Shown here: one piece after another, positions 1-8,462 of the stretch
Numbering within the stretch: the stretch's first letter is position 1
Layout of the letters: each line of letters opens with the position of its first letter
Virus record (IMG/VR): IMGVR_UViG_2703718788_000013
Source of the DNA: a virus
Taxonomy: Duplodnaviria; Heunggongvirae; Uroviricota; Caudoviricetes
Length of the DNA stretch: 44,513 nucleotides
Strand: one strand, 5' to 3'
The notes under the pieces: model-generated
What the model was told of the DNA's origin: nothing
The model's input: the letters and a program-made list of their open reading frames with translations, nothing else
Databases searched by the model: none
Made by a program: the position numbers and the translations under genes

Positions 1-798
1 TTAATGAACATTCGTCGCCGAAAACGGGTCTGTATCATTAGCGTGATGCAGTCTCTGCAAAGGATCTTGTTGATAAAATTGACAGAAACGTTGCCACAAT
101 GAAGGGAAACGAGGAGCAAAAAGTTCTGGGGCGCTAAAGAAATATTCAGAAAGTACGGCAAAACATTCAGCAGGATCACTGGCAGCATAAGCATCAATGC
201 TCGCCGCATTCTCACCAACTAATTCGATTTCTTCCTGAATGTTGTTCATTGCAGCATGAAGATCGTGTTCCCAGCCAGCAACCTCACGCAACGAAATAAA
301 GGGAACTCCGCTGGCGCGATCGCCGTTACGGGTGTCCAGCTTATGAGCGACTTCATGAATAATCAGGTTAAAACCAGAAGCATCAAAAGAATCTTGTATA
401 TCCAACCAGTTCAAAACGATAGGCCCTTGCTGCCAGCTCTGACCTGACTGAACAATACGTTGGTTATGCACCAGACCGATATCGTCTTCCCATTCATCAT
501 CGACCACAAATGGCGCAGGATAAATTAAGATTTCATGAAAACCATCCAGCCATTCCAGTCCTAACTCCAGAACGGGCAGGCAAAATAGAAGTGCTATCCG
601 GCAGCTTCTTAATGAATTCAGCTCAAAGCCCTGTAAAGGAACAAGCCGTTTTTGCTGTAAAAAACGTTCGGCAAGAGCGACCAATTTGCTTTGTTCCTGT
701 TCTGTCAGACACGTTAAAAGGGGGATCGATAGTGCTTCCTGCCAGGGAAGGGCAGTTTGATGTGCTGATTCTTGTACTTTCCAGGGCCACTTAATCAT
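1..798 (-). CDS. mtfA: Mlc titration factor MtfA (host gene, zinc-dependent peptidase family)
   Basis: ORF-track 1..837 minus; in-frame ATG at 798 gives 265 aa starting [14 protein letters not shown], recognised from memory as E. coli MtfA/YeeI; stop codon is the first three bases of the window. Confidence 0.9.
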   Translation of the reverse strand: MIKWPWKVQESAHQTALPWQEALSIPLLTCLTEQEQSKLVALAERFLQQKRLVPLQGFELNSLRSCRIALLFCLPVLELGLEWLDGFHEILIYPAPFVVDDEWEDDIGLVHNQRIVQSGQSWQQGPIVLNWLDIQDSFDASGFNLIIHEVAHKLDTRNGDRASGVPFISLREVAGWEHDLHAAMNNIQEEIELVGENAASIDAYAASDPAECFAVLSEYFFSAPELFAPRFPSLWQRFCQFYQQDPLQRLHHANDTDPFSATNVH

Positions 799-891
799 CG
801 TTTTGCTCGCAAACTCGTCACTTGAACAAAATTGCACGGACAGGGACTGTTAAAATGCCAAATTTCCTGGCATCATGGCAACCATCTGAAC

Positions 892-981
892 GGAGAGATG
901 CCGGAGCGGCTGAACGGACCGGTCTCGAAAACCGGAGTGGGGGCAACTCCACCGGGGGTTCAAATCCCCCTCTCTCCGCCA
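892..981 (+). tRNA. serU: tRNA-Ser (anticodon CGA), serU-like; prophage attachment site (attL side)
   Basis: 90-nt cloverleaf GGAGAGATGCCGGAGCGGCTGAACGGACCGGTCTCGAAAACCGG...TCTCTCCGCCA with long variable arm and CCA end; anticodon loop CTCGAAA; integrase gene begins about 50 bp downstream. Confidence 0.9.
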
Positions 982-1026
982 AAATTCAATCACTTACACA
1001 TCATTAAGTCAGTGACAAAAATCACA

Positions 1027-1057
1027 CTTGGAATTACTTGGAATATTTTCTTGGAAT
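1027..1057. repeat. Three direct repeats of CTTGGAAT at the 3' end of int; candidate integrase arm-type (P') binding sites
   Basis: CTTGGAAT at 1027, 1037 and 1050, between tRNA-Ser end and int stop codon (1034-1036). Confidence 0.4.
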
Positions 1058-2059
1058 ATTATCAGGTAACGGGACATCAAGTGTTGGTGAAACTTTAACC
1101 TTTCTGTCATAGATTAGCACTTGCCCTTCGGTTTTGTGACCAGAGAAAAGTTGCTTATCCCGGCTGCTTCCTTCATAGTCTGAAATTCCTTTCGCCTTCA
1201 GATCATGAAAGGTGAAGTCGGTTAAAATACCTGAAATTTTGCCTGCGTGATTTCTTGCTTCTACCCACATTTCGTTAAAACCTTTGTACATATATCGGTT
1301 GCCATATTGATTGCTGATTACATAGGCAGATGTTGGTAACTGTTTTGCTTTTTCGATCGCCGCCTGTAATCGTGGACTCCATGCTTTTATCTGTTTTTTC
1401 CCTGTTTTCCCTTGCTGGATAAAGATCCCGTCGTTTCCAATCTGCTCCCATTTCAGTGATAACACATCGGAAACCCTCGCTGCACACAGATAGGCAATTT
1501 CCATTGCGATAAAAACAGGAAGAGGTGCAACACTTAATACTGCCTGGTATTCTTTGTCGGTTACATATCGTTCGCGGTTTTTGGCCTTGAATTTACTTAC
1601 ACCTGCACATGGGTTACCCTTCACGTACCCTCGCTCATACCCCCAACTGTAAACGCGGGACATACTGCTTTTTTCATGGTTGGCTTGCGTTTTACTCTGT
1701 TCCCCTCTCTTGTCCATGTATCGACGGATGTGTTCTGGTTTTATGGAATCTGCCGGCACCTTACCGAATACGGCAAGCAACTTTTTTTGATGTTGCAGAT
1801 AATCTTTTTGTGTTCTTGGACTGAGGTCACTGTAATAGGCGCTGGCGAGGAATTTTTCCCACAAGCGACCGAATGTCATTGCGCGATCGCGATTATTTAC
1901 AGTTTCCTCATACTTTTTCCATAAAGCAGCTAAACCATCCTTGATGGCGGTTAGTGTGACAGATTCTCTGGATGTTGGTTTCCATACATAACTATATTTA
2001 TTTGGGTATACATTTGGAGGTAATTTTTCGTGTTCAGGATTTTTCCTTCGTCTTCCCAT
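1034..2059 (-). CDS. int: Phage integrase, tyrosine recombinase (lambda Int family)
   Basis: 341-aa ORF adjacent to tRNA att site and downstream of xis; start codon overlaps xis stop (TGATG). Confidence 0.9.
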   Translation of the reverse strand: MGRRRKNPEHEKLPPNVYPNKYSYVWKPTSRESVTLTAIKDGLAALWKKYEETVNNRDRAMTFGRLWEKFLASAYYSDLSPRTQKDYLQHQKKLLAVFGKVPADSIKPEHIRRYMDKRGEQSKTQANHEKSSMSRVYSWGYERGYVKGNPCAGVSKFKAKNRERYVTDKEYQAVLSVAPLPVFIAMEIAYLCAARVSDVLSLKWEQIGNDGIFIQQGKTGKKQIKAWSPRLQAAIEKAKQLPTSAYVISNQYGNRYMYKGFNEMWVEARNHAGKISGILTDFTFHDLKAKGISDYEGSSRDKQLFSGHKTEGQVLIYDRKVKVSPTLDVPLPDNIPRKYSK

Positions 2060-2268
2060 CAGATTGCACCAAAATTCGGCTCTACCTCGCGCGGTGGTAA
2101 AGTTTTATTGCAGGTAAATAGATCCCGGCTGACAATCGGTTTGCCACTACGATTGGTATAGAACGGAAGCCCGTTTTCCATTAACCATTTTCGCTGGTGG
2201 CTTGCATATTTGCAGCCCGTTAATATTAGCAATTCATCTTCGGTTAAAAATAAGCTGCTCATAGCCAT
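2059..2268 (-). CDS. xis: Excisionase-like small DNA-binding protein
   Basis: 69-aa ORF immediately upstream of int on the same strand with overlapping stop/start; composition typical of excisionase/DUF4224-like proteins. Confidence 0.65.
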   Translation of the reverse strand: MAMSSLFLTEDELLILTGCKYASHQRKWLMENGLPFYTNRSGKPIVSRDLFTCNKTLPPREVEPNFGAI

Positions 2269-2320
2269 ATCTCATAACCGCCGCTAACTATATACGGTTA
2301 GCGGCAATTAGGGTTGAACA

Positions 2321-4792
2321 TTAAAAATCAGCCTGACTCGGGATCAGTTTTTGCCAGATAGCTGAAACGTATTTTGCTTGGTAACGAGCGTCATCAAGTG
2401 CATTATGGCGCTCACCTTCGAATGGGATAGCAGTTCTGGCATCGAAGTCTATGGCTTTCCCCAGCTCAACGATTGTGCGTATATCGCGATCGTTGTAGTA
2501 ACGCCACGGGCAGGGGATCCCCTGCCGTTCGTATGAACGGCGCAAAATCGTGTTGTCGAAGTTTGCTCCATTTCCCCAGACCTGAACAAAAAATTCACCG
2601 GAGTTTTCGTCGATAAATTCCCGCAATTGTAACAGTGCATCATCTAACGGGATTTCATCGGTCATAATGGCAGATTGCGCTTCGCGTGATTGCTTAAGCC
2701 ACCATTTAATGGTGTCCCGATCAATGACTCCGCCAGCAGTTTCCAGATCGACAGTCTTACTAAATTCCGGTCCCATATCTCCGGTTTGCGGATCGAAAAA
2801 TATTGCACCTATTGAGATAATCGGGGCATCAGGATTTTTTCCCATGGTTTCAAGGTCGATCATCAGATGAATCCCCGCTCTGCTGGTGGATGTGAGATTA
2901 TGATGACCGTTCATCTTAATTAAGGGATCTGACGCCTCGCCAGTTTCACTATCGCTGGCATGATGCTGATTGCCGCCAGTGTTCTCCTTGTGCTGATGCG
3001 CAGTGCCTTCCATTTCCTCCGGAACATTTTCCTGAACTTCAGGCTGATTCTCTTCATCGAATATTTCCTGGTATGTTGCGTCGCCCATCACCGCACCACA
3101 ATCAGGGCAGCTACCGCCGCCGGTCTGACCGCAGGCGGTGCAGGCTTTTTCCGGCTCCTGTTGCGCTACTGGTTCAACCTGTTTCGTTTCTGGCTCGTTT
3201 TGTTGCGCATTTGGGCTGTTTTGTTCCGTTTTTTGGTCGTTCTGTTCCGATTCTTGCTGGTTCTGGTTTACAGAGTCGCGGGTTTCAATCCCCTTCACCC
3301 ATTTCGGATCATTCGGGTCGCTAATCCCTGCAACAAATTCTCCGCGAGAGGCAGCAAGCAACTTATCGGCGTCAGGCTGGCTGATATTGGCTGCCTGCAT
3401 AATTTTGTTTACTTCTTCAGCGGTAACTTTTACCGGCTCTGGTTGTGCGGTCGTGTCAGATGCACCAGTATTTTGTTGTGAACCTGAGTATGTACTGTTT
3501 TTGCGGGCAAAATATTCTTCTTTCGTGATTTCAGTAGCCCCTGCAGTCAGCGCCTTATTCAGACCAGAAAGTTTGTTTGCGCGACCATATTTTTCGCCAT
3601 CCTTATCTGTGAAGAGGAAGTAGAACGGCCCTTCACGCTCTACAGATGGTTCGACTTCCACTTTGCATTCGGTTTTTTCGTTGTCCGGAATTGCCGTTTC
3701 CACTGCATCAGTTTCTGGTACTGGCGACGAGAGAGTATCAGTTGCGCTCTGATTTGTTCCTTCATCTTCAAACACGCCCTTTGTAGTCAGATATTCAGTA
3801 ATGTATTTGTTCAGTGCCACAGGGGTTTTGTGAATGTCGATCGGACGTTCACGGACAAGGCCAAAAATAGTCTGGCGGTCGTAGCGAAGGGCATCAGGCT
3901 GTTTGCGCATTGATGCCGAGATACGCTTCCAGTCTTCGCGGTCGTTGTCGATAACTTCATTTTTTGCCCAGCGATGGATGCTGCCGTCAATGTTTCCGGC
4001 ATCAATGTCACCAGGCCACAGAGCGTAGGCCAGTTCATCATCCAGTGTTTTCCATGTCTGCTTGTATTCGCGACGAATGGTGGCAGTGGCTGGGGGGATT
4101 TTCGCTACTGAGTTTTCAGTGTTCTGCCGGTTGACTCTGGCGCGGGCAAGATCAACAACAGACGTGTATTTCCCGGTTTCTTTGCGTTCGGCTTCGCGAC
4201 GTTTTTTCCAGGTGCGTAATTCTGTCTGGATCTCAGGCCATTTTGCTCCCGGCTTACATTTATGTTTAACCCACCCGATGGCGAGCAGCTTGAGCTCTGA
4301 ATACATGACGTTAACTTCAGGCATTTTCATCAATGCCTCAACGATATGCCCGTCGAATGTTGCCATGTCCTCCTGCAGTAATTCCTGAGCACTAATCACC
4401 ATATCAACGGTGATGTTTTCACATGTACCGAACTTAACCAGGACCGCGTTCTGTACTTCAAGGGACAGCTTGTTAAAATTGACGTTCATCGGATCGGATT
4501 CTGGTTCGACCGGAATAAAGGAAGCGGATTCCTCATCCCAGCGGTTTTCCTGCATATATTCGGTATCCCAGGAGTCGATAGCAGGGCGGGGCATGCCGGG
4601 TTTATCCTCGCAGACAAGAAATTTATAAGCGCAGTCCTGAGCAGCCGGATATTGCTCCAGGAATTGCCAGGTAAATTTGGCACGGGCGCGGCGTTCGTCA
4701 CCGGCTTCAATGGCAGTGGCTACAGCAATTGCACCTTCTTCCTTTATTGCCTGTTCGTCCGGAATGGCGGCGCAAATAAAGACTTTACTCAT
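2321..4792 (-). CDS. Large exonuclease-family protein with C-terminal DnaQ-like DEDDh 3'-5' exonuclease domain (RecE position)
   Basis: 823-aa ORF, GAGG ribosome-binding site 10 nt upstream; C-terminal motifs IDLETMG (Exo I), WGNGANFD (Exo II), HNALDDA (Exo III); central acidic/Q-rich linker with CxxC...CxxC (CTACGQTGGGSCPDCG). Confidence 0.8.
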   Translation of the reverse strand: MSKVFICAAIPDEQAIKEEGAIAVATAIEAGDERRARAKFTWQFLEQYPAAQDCAYKFLVCEDKPGMPRPAIDSWDTEYMQENRWDEESASFIPVEPESDPMNVNFNKLSLEVQNAVLVKFGTCENITVDMVISAQELLQEDMATFDGHIVEALMKMPEVNVMYSELKLLAIGWVKHKCKPGAKWPEIQTELRTWKKRREAERKETGKYTSVVDLARARVNRQNTENSVAKIPPATATIRREYKQTWKTLDDELAYALWPGDIDAGNIDGSIHRWAKNEVIDNDREDWKRISASMRKQPDALRYDRQTIFGLVRERPIDIHKTPVALNKYITEYLTTKGVFEDEGTNQSATDTLSSPVPETDAVETAIPDNEKTECKVEVEPSVEREGPFYFLFTDKDGEKYGRANKLSGLNKALTAGATEITKEEYFARKNSTYSGSQQNTGASDTTAQPEPVKVTAEEVNKIMQAANISQPDADKLLAASRGEFVAGISDPNDPKWVKGIETRDSVNQNQQESEQNDQKTEQNSPNAQQNEPETKQVEPVAQQEPEKACTACGQTGGGSCPDCGAVMGDATYQEIFDEENQPEVQENVPEEMEGTAHQHKENTGGNQHHASDSETGEASDPLIKMNGHHNLTSTSRAGIHLMIDLETMGKNPDAPIISIGAIFFDPQTGDMGPEFSKTVDLETAGGVIDRDTIKWWLKQSREAQSAIMTDEIPLDDALLQLREFIDENSGEFFVQVWGNGANFDNTILRRSYERQGIPCPWRYYNDRDIRTIVELGKAIDFDARTAIPFEGERHNALDDARYQAKYVSAIWQKLIPSQADF

Positions 4793-4915
4793 TTTGTTTT
4801 AACCTCATGACATATTTAAGGATGAACAAATCCCTGCCATTGCTGGCATATAAGAATCAAATCTGATGTATTCATTAAGCTGAATGTCGTATTGTGGCAG
4901 TTATTTTATTACTGC

Positions 4916-5137
4916 TCACCATGACTCTGCTTTTACAGGTAAACCATCACGACCAAGGAAGACTTTTATCATGGTTTCCTTAATACAGTGTTGTGTGGAA
5001 AAATCACGAATATAGAGCCGTTGTTTTTTAATGTTGTTTACCGAAGCAATATATGTTCTTCCTTTATGAATAACATAATCACCGGGAGTCACGCACTGAC
5101 GAGGAATCTCATCAGTTCCGAAGTGATGAGCAATCAT
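4916..5137 (-). CDS. KilR-like small protein (putative cell-division inhibitor), 73 aa
   Basis: ORF-track 4916..5149; GGAG ribosome-binding site favours internal ATG at 5137 ([12 protein letters not shown]...); size and position next to exonuclease gene match Rac kilR; identity recalled from memory only. Confidence 0.5.
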   Translation of the reverse strand: MIAHHFGTDEIPRQCVTPGDYVIHKGRTYIASVNNIKKQRLYIRDFSTQHCIKETMIKVFLGRDGLPVKAESW

Positions 5138-5311
5138 AATTATCTCCATTTTTACAAATGAACTTTGTTGATGCGGTGCCTGGTGCCTCCAGGTGACGTT
5201 AACCAGTTAACAATTAACGCCGGATACAGAGAATCCACCCATAACACTGTTTTTGGTTTTAACTGTTCCGCGTGCGCTTAGCCGCATTCACCGCATCACA
5301 AAATTCACTTT

Positions 5312-5369
5312 AAAAAGGGCGGCAGAGCAGTCACGGAGTAAAACTGATACCGCCAAACGCCACCAGAAA
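5312..5369 (-). ncRNA. dicF: DicF-like small RNA (ftsZ translation inhibitor family) with intrinsic terminator
   Basis: Minus-strand sequence TTTTCTGGTGGCGTTTGGCGGTATCAGTTTTACTCCGTGACTGCTCTGCCGCCCTTTTT matches the remembered E. coli DicF sequence with one mismatch; GGCGG...CCGCC stem then U-run; no ORF in the region. Confidence 0.7.
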
Positions 5370-5705
5370 ATTGATAACAGAGGGCGTTGTAGCGGGGTTG
5401 TCACTTAAGCGTATGGTCAACCTGACAACCCGGTGTCCTCAACGGGGAAGGAATAACCCCGCCATACTTACCGCCGCGCCATTTCGCGGAGTGCCACAAC
5501 CGGAAGCGCACGGTCGAATTAAATTTAACGACACCGTACAGAGAGACCAATTTCGCCGTGCGCTTTCGCGTTATGCCTTGGCTTTTCAGGGATATATCCT
5601 TTCAGTAAACTGTCAGTACCGGATTCTTATCCGTGTCCGGCGCACGACCACACGTGACAGCGTGTTGGTCTCCATTTTTAACCCAGAACCTCAATGGAGG
5701 ATAAA

Positions 5706-5915
5706 ATGCCAAACAAAAAAAGAAATCCGCTTATTGAAAAACAGATTGAATGCCTGGTAAATCAACTCAGGCAATCAGGGTTATTAAAAACTCATTCAGA
5801 GTTGAGGCTCACAGAATCAGCATTCGACGATAAATTAAATAATGTCCTTTATAATGGCATTATTGATTTTAATCGTTCTGTTGGTCGCCGCGGCCCTGCT
5901 GGTGTTTCCTTATAA
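5706..5915 (+). CDS. Hypothetical 69-aa protein, encoded antisense to the early-left operon
   Basis: ATG at 5706 preceded by GGAGG 5 nt upstream; ORF-track 5694..5915. Confidence 0.45.
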   Translation: MPNKKRNPLIEKQIECLVNQLRQSGLLKTHSELRLTESAFDDKLNNVLYNGIIDFNRSVGRRGPAGVSL

Positions 5916-6554
5916 TTACCAGTCAATCCAGAGCGGACCGTGTTCAGCGTAAATATAACTGTACACATCCAGATTATATTTGTGGTCTGTTAAGAACAGG
6001 CCGCAAATACATGCCGAAGCTTCCAGGGCAGCGGCTCTGTTACTGAATAACCATGTAGCAACATTCCAGCGTTTTTCTGCATCCCAGTCTTTCTCAAGGC
6101 CTGATACCATGAAGAAACCGTTAGTGTTGCCATCAAATAATTCTGTTTCCAGATTTTTAAGCAATGCCTGATGGACTCTTGCCAGGTATTCCGCCGGAAT
6201 TTCGCCACGAATTCTGATGAGATTGTCATAAACAAACATGTTCCCCGCATATGGCGATTTTTCTTTCTTGTTTTTTAAACCAGCATCATGAGCAAACTGA
6301 TCAATTTCTTCTTCCGTTGGTTTCGTATTGATGTTTTGCGCTGTCGTTTCTGCAATTTTATTTGCCACACTCTCTGAGTCGTGTTTATTTACAGACGCAC
6401 AGAAATACAATCCGGTAAACGCATCGCGCACATTACGAGCCATATTATCAGTGTCTTTTTTCGTTACCGATTCCAATGCAAGTTCGTTCAGACGATGACG
6501 AAGTGTGTGTGCTGCAATCTCCTGGATTGAAGTAGGTAAATCTTTAAATTCCAT
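5916..6554 (-). CDS. Hypothetical early-left protein, 212 aa
   Basis: ORF-track 5916..6566; ATG at 6554 (MEFKDLPTSIQ) has GAGG 7 nt upstream and follows the stop of the upstream ORF. Confidence 0.6.
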   Translation of the reverse strand: MEFKDLPTSIQEIAAHTLRHRLNELALESVTKKDTDNMARNVRDAFTGLYFCASVNKHDSESVANKIAETTAQNINTKPTEEEIDQFAHDAGLKNKKEKSPYAGNMFVYDNLIRIRGEIPAEYLARVHQALLKNLETELFDGNTNGFFMVSGLEKDWDAEKRWNVATWLFSNRAAALEASACICGLFLTDHKYNLDVYSYIYAEHGPLWIDW

Positions 6555-6565
6555 CGTCAACCTCA

Positions 6566-6796
6566 TCAGTCAGAGTTTCTTGCTAACCAGCGATGCGCGC
6601 CAGCTTCGGTTTTAAACGTTTTACTTTTGGTATACGTCATCGCGGTGAACGTGCCGTCCTGGTTGGGAAACACGCCGTACACCAGAGATTCGTTGTTGCC
6701 AAGATCGATAGTATCCATGCTGACCTCATTTCCCCTTAACGCCGGGGTAGCGGAACAAAAACCTGCTGCATAGTTAAAGTTGAACCCTGCCGTCAT
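6566..6796 (-). CDS. Hypothetical early-left protein, 76 aa (first gene after putative pL)
   Basis: ORF-track 6566..6796 minus; tightly coupled to downstream ORF. Confidence 0.5.
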   Translation of the reverse strand: MTAGFNFNYAAGFCSATPALRGNEVSMDTIDLGNNESLVYGVFPNQDGTFTAMTYTKSKTFKTEAGAHRWLARNSD

Positions 6797-6899
6797 GTTC
6801 TTACGCCTCGGGCTGGCTACTTAACCCCTGACCACTGCCTGGTAACTCGAAGTATTGCCCTGCGTGCTGTGGGGCGGGGTGGGTTGGTATGTTGTCAAG

Positions 6900-6913
6900 G
6901 TAACAAGAGTTAC
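6900..6913. promoter_or_regulatory. OL-like operator, GTAAC-N4-GTTAC palindrome
   Basis: GTAACAAGAGTTAC between repressor gene end and first early-left ORF; same motif as the two sites in the cI-cro intergenic region. Confidence 0.5.
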
Positions 6914-6955
6914 CGGAAAAGTCAATGAGATGTTGCAAAAGGTACATACAGGAGC

Positions 6956-6981
6956 GCAAAAAACCCGCAATGAATGCGGGT
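6956..6981 (-). terminator. Intrinsic terminator downstream of repressor gene
   Basis: Minus-strand AACCCGCA / TGCGGGTT 8-bp stem followed by TTTTTT, just after repressor stop. Confidence 0.6.
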
Positions 6982-6987
6982 TCTGAC

Positions 6988-7662
6988 TCAGTCTAAATAT
7001 TGATGTATTTGTGAAACTTTACCTTTAATAGTGTAACCACCATTCAGTTCAATGGGTTTGTAAAGCGGATTCAGTGACAGCAGATAGATGTTTGGTCCGT
7101 CAATCGCAACTTTTTTTAGTGTTACGTTCGGCGTTCCTTCCAATTGGATTAAGATTATTTTTCCCACCAGTTCTCTAATGTTACTTGAGCATGGCGTGAT
7201 CAGCACGGTAGATCCGTCGGGGATGGTTGGGAGGCCGTTAGAGTTCGTCATCGCATCTCCCTCAACGCGCAATAAAAAAGAGTTTTCAGCGGTTTTTGTC
7301 ATGACATCAACCCAATTCTTAATACCAGGAATCTCGGTTACTGGGCAACTCATATCCCAATAACCAGCCTGTTCCCACGTTAAAACGGGCAACCGGGCGA
7401 TGTTGTCACTAATGTAAAGGTACTGATTCAGACGCAGATCGTCGGTTTTATCGTGACCATCCTTTCCATAAAGAATCCATTCAGGAGATTTGGAAAGCAA
7501 TTTTGACAGCAGATGCAAATTCTCACCGTCAGGTTTTGAAGAGCCATTTTCCCATTTTGTTACGGATACGCGAGATATGCCGATTGCTTTCGCAACCTGC
7601 TGTTGAGTTAGTCCAACGTCTTTTCGACGATTCCGAATACGTTCGCTGATAGTGTTTTTCAT
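6988..7662 (-). CDS. cI: CI-like repressor (HTH_XRE N-terminal domain plus S24 LexA-like C-terminal domain)
   Basis: ORF-track 6988..7761; C-terminal region aligns by eye with lambda CI (VEGDAMT versus VEGNSMT, TLKKV versus TFKKL, QAG linker); start placed at ATG 7662 to leave a 91-bp operator region before cro (ATG 7704 is an alternative). Confidence 0.8.
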   Translation of the reverse strand: MKNTISERIRNRRKDVGLTQQQVAKAIGISRVSVTKWENGSSKPDGENLHLLSKLLSKSPEWILYGKDGHDKTDDLRLNQYLYISDNIARLPVLTWEQAGYWDMSCPVTEIPGIKNWVDVMTKTAENSFLLRVEGDAMTNSNGLPTIPDGSTVLITPCSSNIRELVGKIILIQLEGTPNVTLKKVAIDGPNIYLLSLNPLYKPIELNGGYTIKGKVSQIHQYLD

Positions 7663-7724
7663 GTAACCAATGTTACCACCAAGTGATGTTACTGTGGTTG
7701 ACATCTTTATGTAACTATTGTTAC
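7663..7724. promoter_or_regulatory. OR-like operator region with GTAAC-N4-GTTAC palindromes between cI and cro
   Basis: GTAACCAATGTTAC at 7663-7676 and GTAACTATTGTTAC at 7711-7724, plus a GTTAC half-site near 7688; divergent cI/cro starts flank it. Confidence 0.55.
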
Positions 7725-7753
7725 CCTTTTGTTCGAAATAACAGGAGAGTTTT

Positions 7754-7969
7754 ATGTTCAAAGATGATGTTCTGCGCTATTTCAAAAAAAAGCGACTAGT
7801 AGCTGAGGCTCTTGGAATTTCACATGTGGCTGTTGTGCGGTGGAAAGCAGTTATTCCCAAACTTCGCGCAATGGAGCTGGATGAAATTACTAACGGTGAA
7901 TTGAAATACAATCCAGAACTTTACAAGAAGCAGGATAGCACCTCGAACGAAGGAAAGAATGATTCATGA
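7754..7969 (+). CDS. cro: Cro-like small HTH regulator
   Basis: 71-aa ORF divergent from cI, AGGAG ribosome-binding site at 7743-7749; HTH-like segment RLVAEALGISHVAVVRWK. Confidence 0.7.
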   Translation: MFKDDVLRYFKKKRLVAEALGISHVAVVRWKAVIPKLRAMELDEITNGELKYNPELYKKQDSTSNEGKNDS

Positions 7970-8391
7970 AAATCAAGCATGAACACATCCGCATGGCGAT
8001 GAATGCCTGGGCGCATCCGGACGGCGAAAAAATACCGGCTGCGAAAATTACCAAAGCGTATTTCGAACTGGGAATGACGTTCCCGGAACTGTATGACGAC
8101 AGCCATCCGGAAGCTCTGGCTCGCAATACTCAGAAAATTTTCCGCTGGGTAGAGAAAGACACCCCTGATGCAGTTGAAAAAATTCAGGCGTTGTTACCAG
8201 CGATCGAAAAGGCAATGCCACCTTTGCTGGTGGCCAGAATGCGCAGCCACAGTTCAGCTTATTTTCGGGAGCTGGTGGAAACGCGGGAGCGATTGGTGAG
8301 AGACGCTGATGATTTTGTCGCAGTGGCAATCGCCGGTTTCAATCAGATGAACCGTGGTGGCCCGGCAGGAAATGCTGTGGCAGTACATTGA
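7966..8391 (+). CDS. YdaT-like protein (CII-position regulator)
   Basis: 141-aa ORF translationally coupled to cro (ATGA overlap); N-terminus MKIKHEHIRMAMNAW resembles Rac YdaT as remembered. Confidence 0.5.
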   Translation: MKIKHEHIRMAMNAWAHPDGEKIPAAKITKAYFELGMTFPELYDDSHPEALARNTQKIFRWVEKDTPDAVEKIQALLPAIEKAMPPLLVARMRSHSSAYFRELVETRERLVRDADDFVAVAIAGFNQMNRGGPAGNAVAVH

Positions 8392-8462
8392 CTGACAATA
8401 GCCATATCGAATCGCTTCCGGCAACTCGTGAGTAAAAAGATTCGGTATCAGAAGAGGTGAGT

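Noticed and set aside
2960-3623. Plus-strand ORFs of 83-173 aa
   Set aside because: Antisense to the low-complexity linker region of the 823-aa exonuclease gene
5371-5760. 129-aa plus-strand ORF
   Set aside because: Arginine-rich, no ribosome-binding site, spans the structured non-coding segment and the DicF-like RNA region; the downstream in-frame ATG at 5706 with GGAGG is the better gene model
6566-6796. N-type antiterminator assignment for the first early-left ORF
   Set aside because: The product lacks an arginine-rich N-terminal motif and I could not identify nut-like boxA/boxB elements; left as hypothetical
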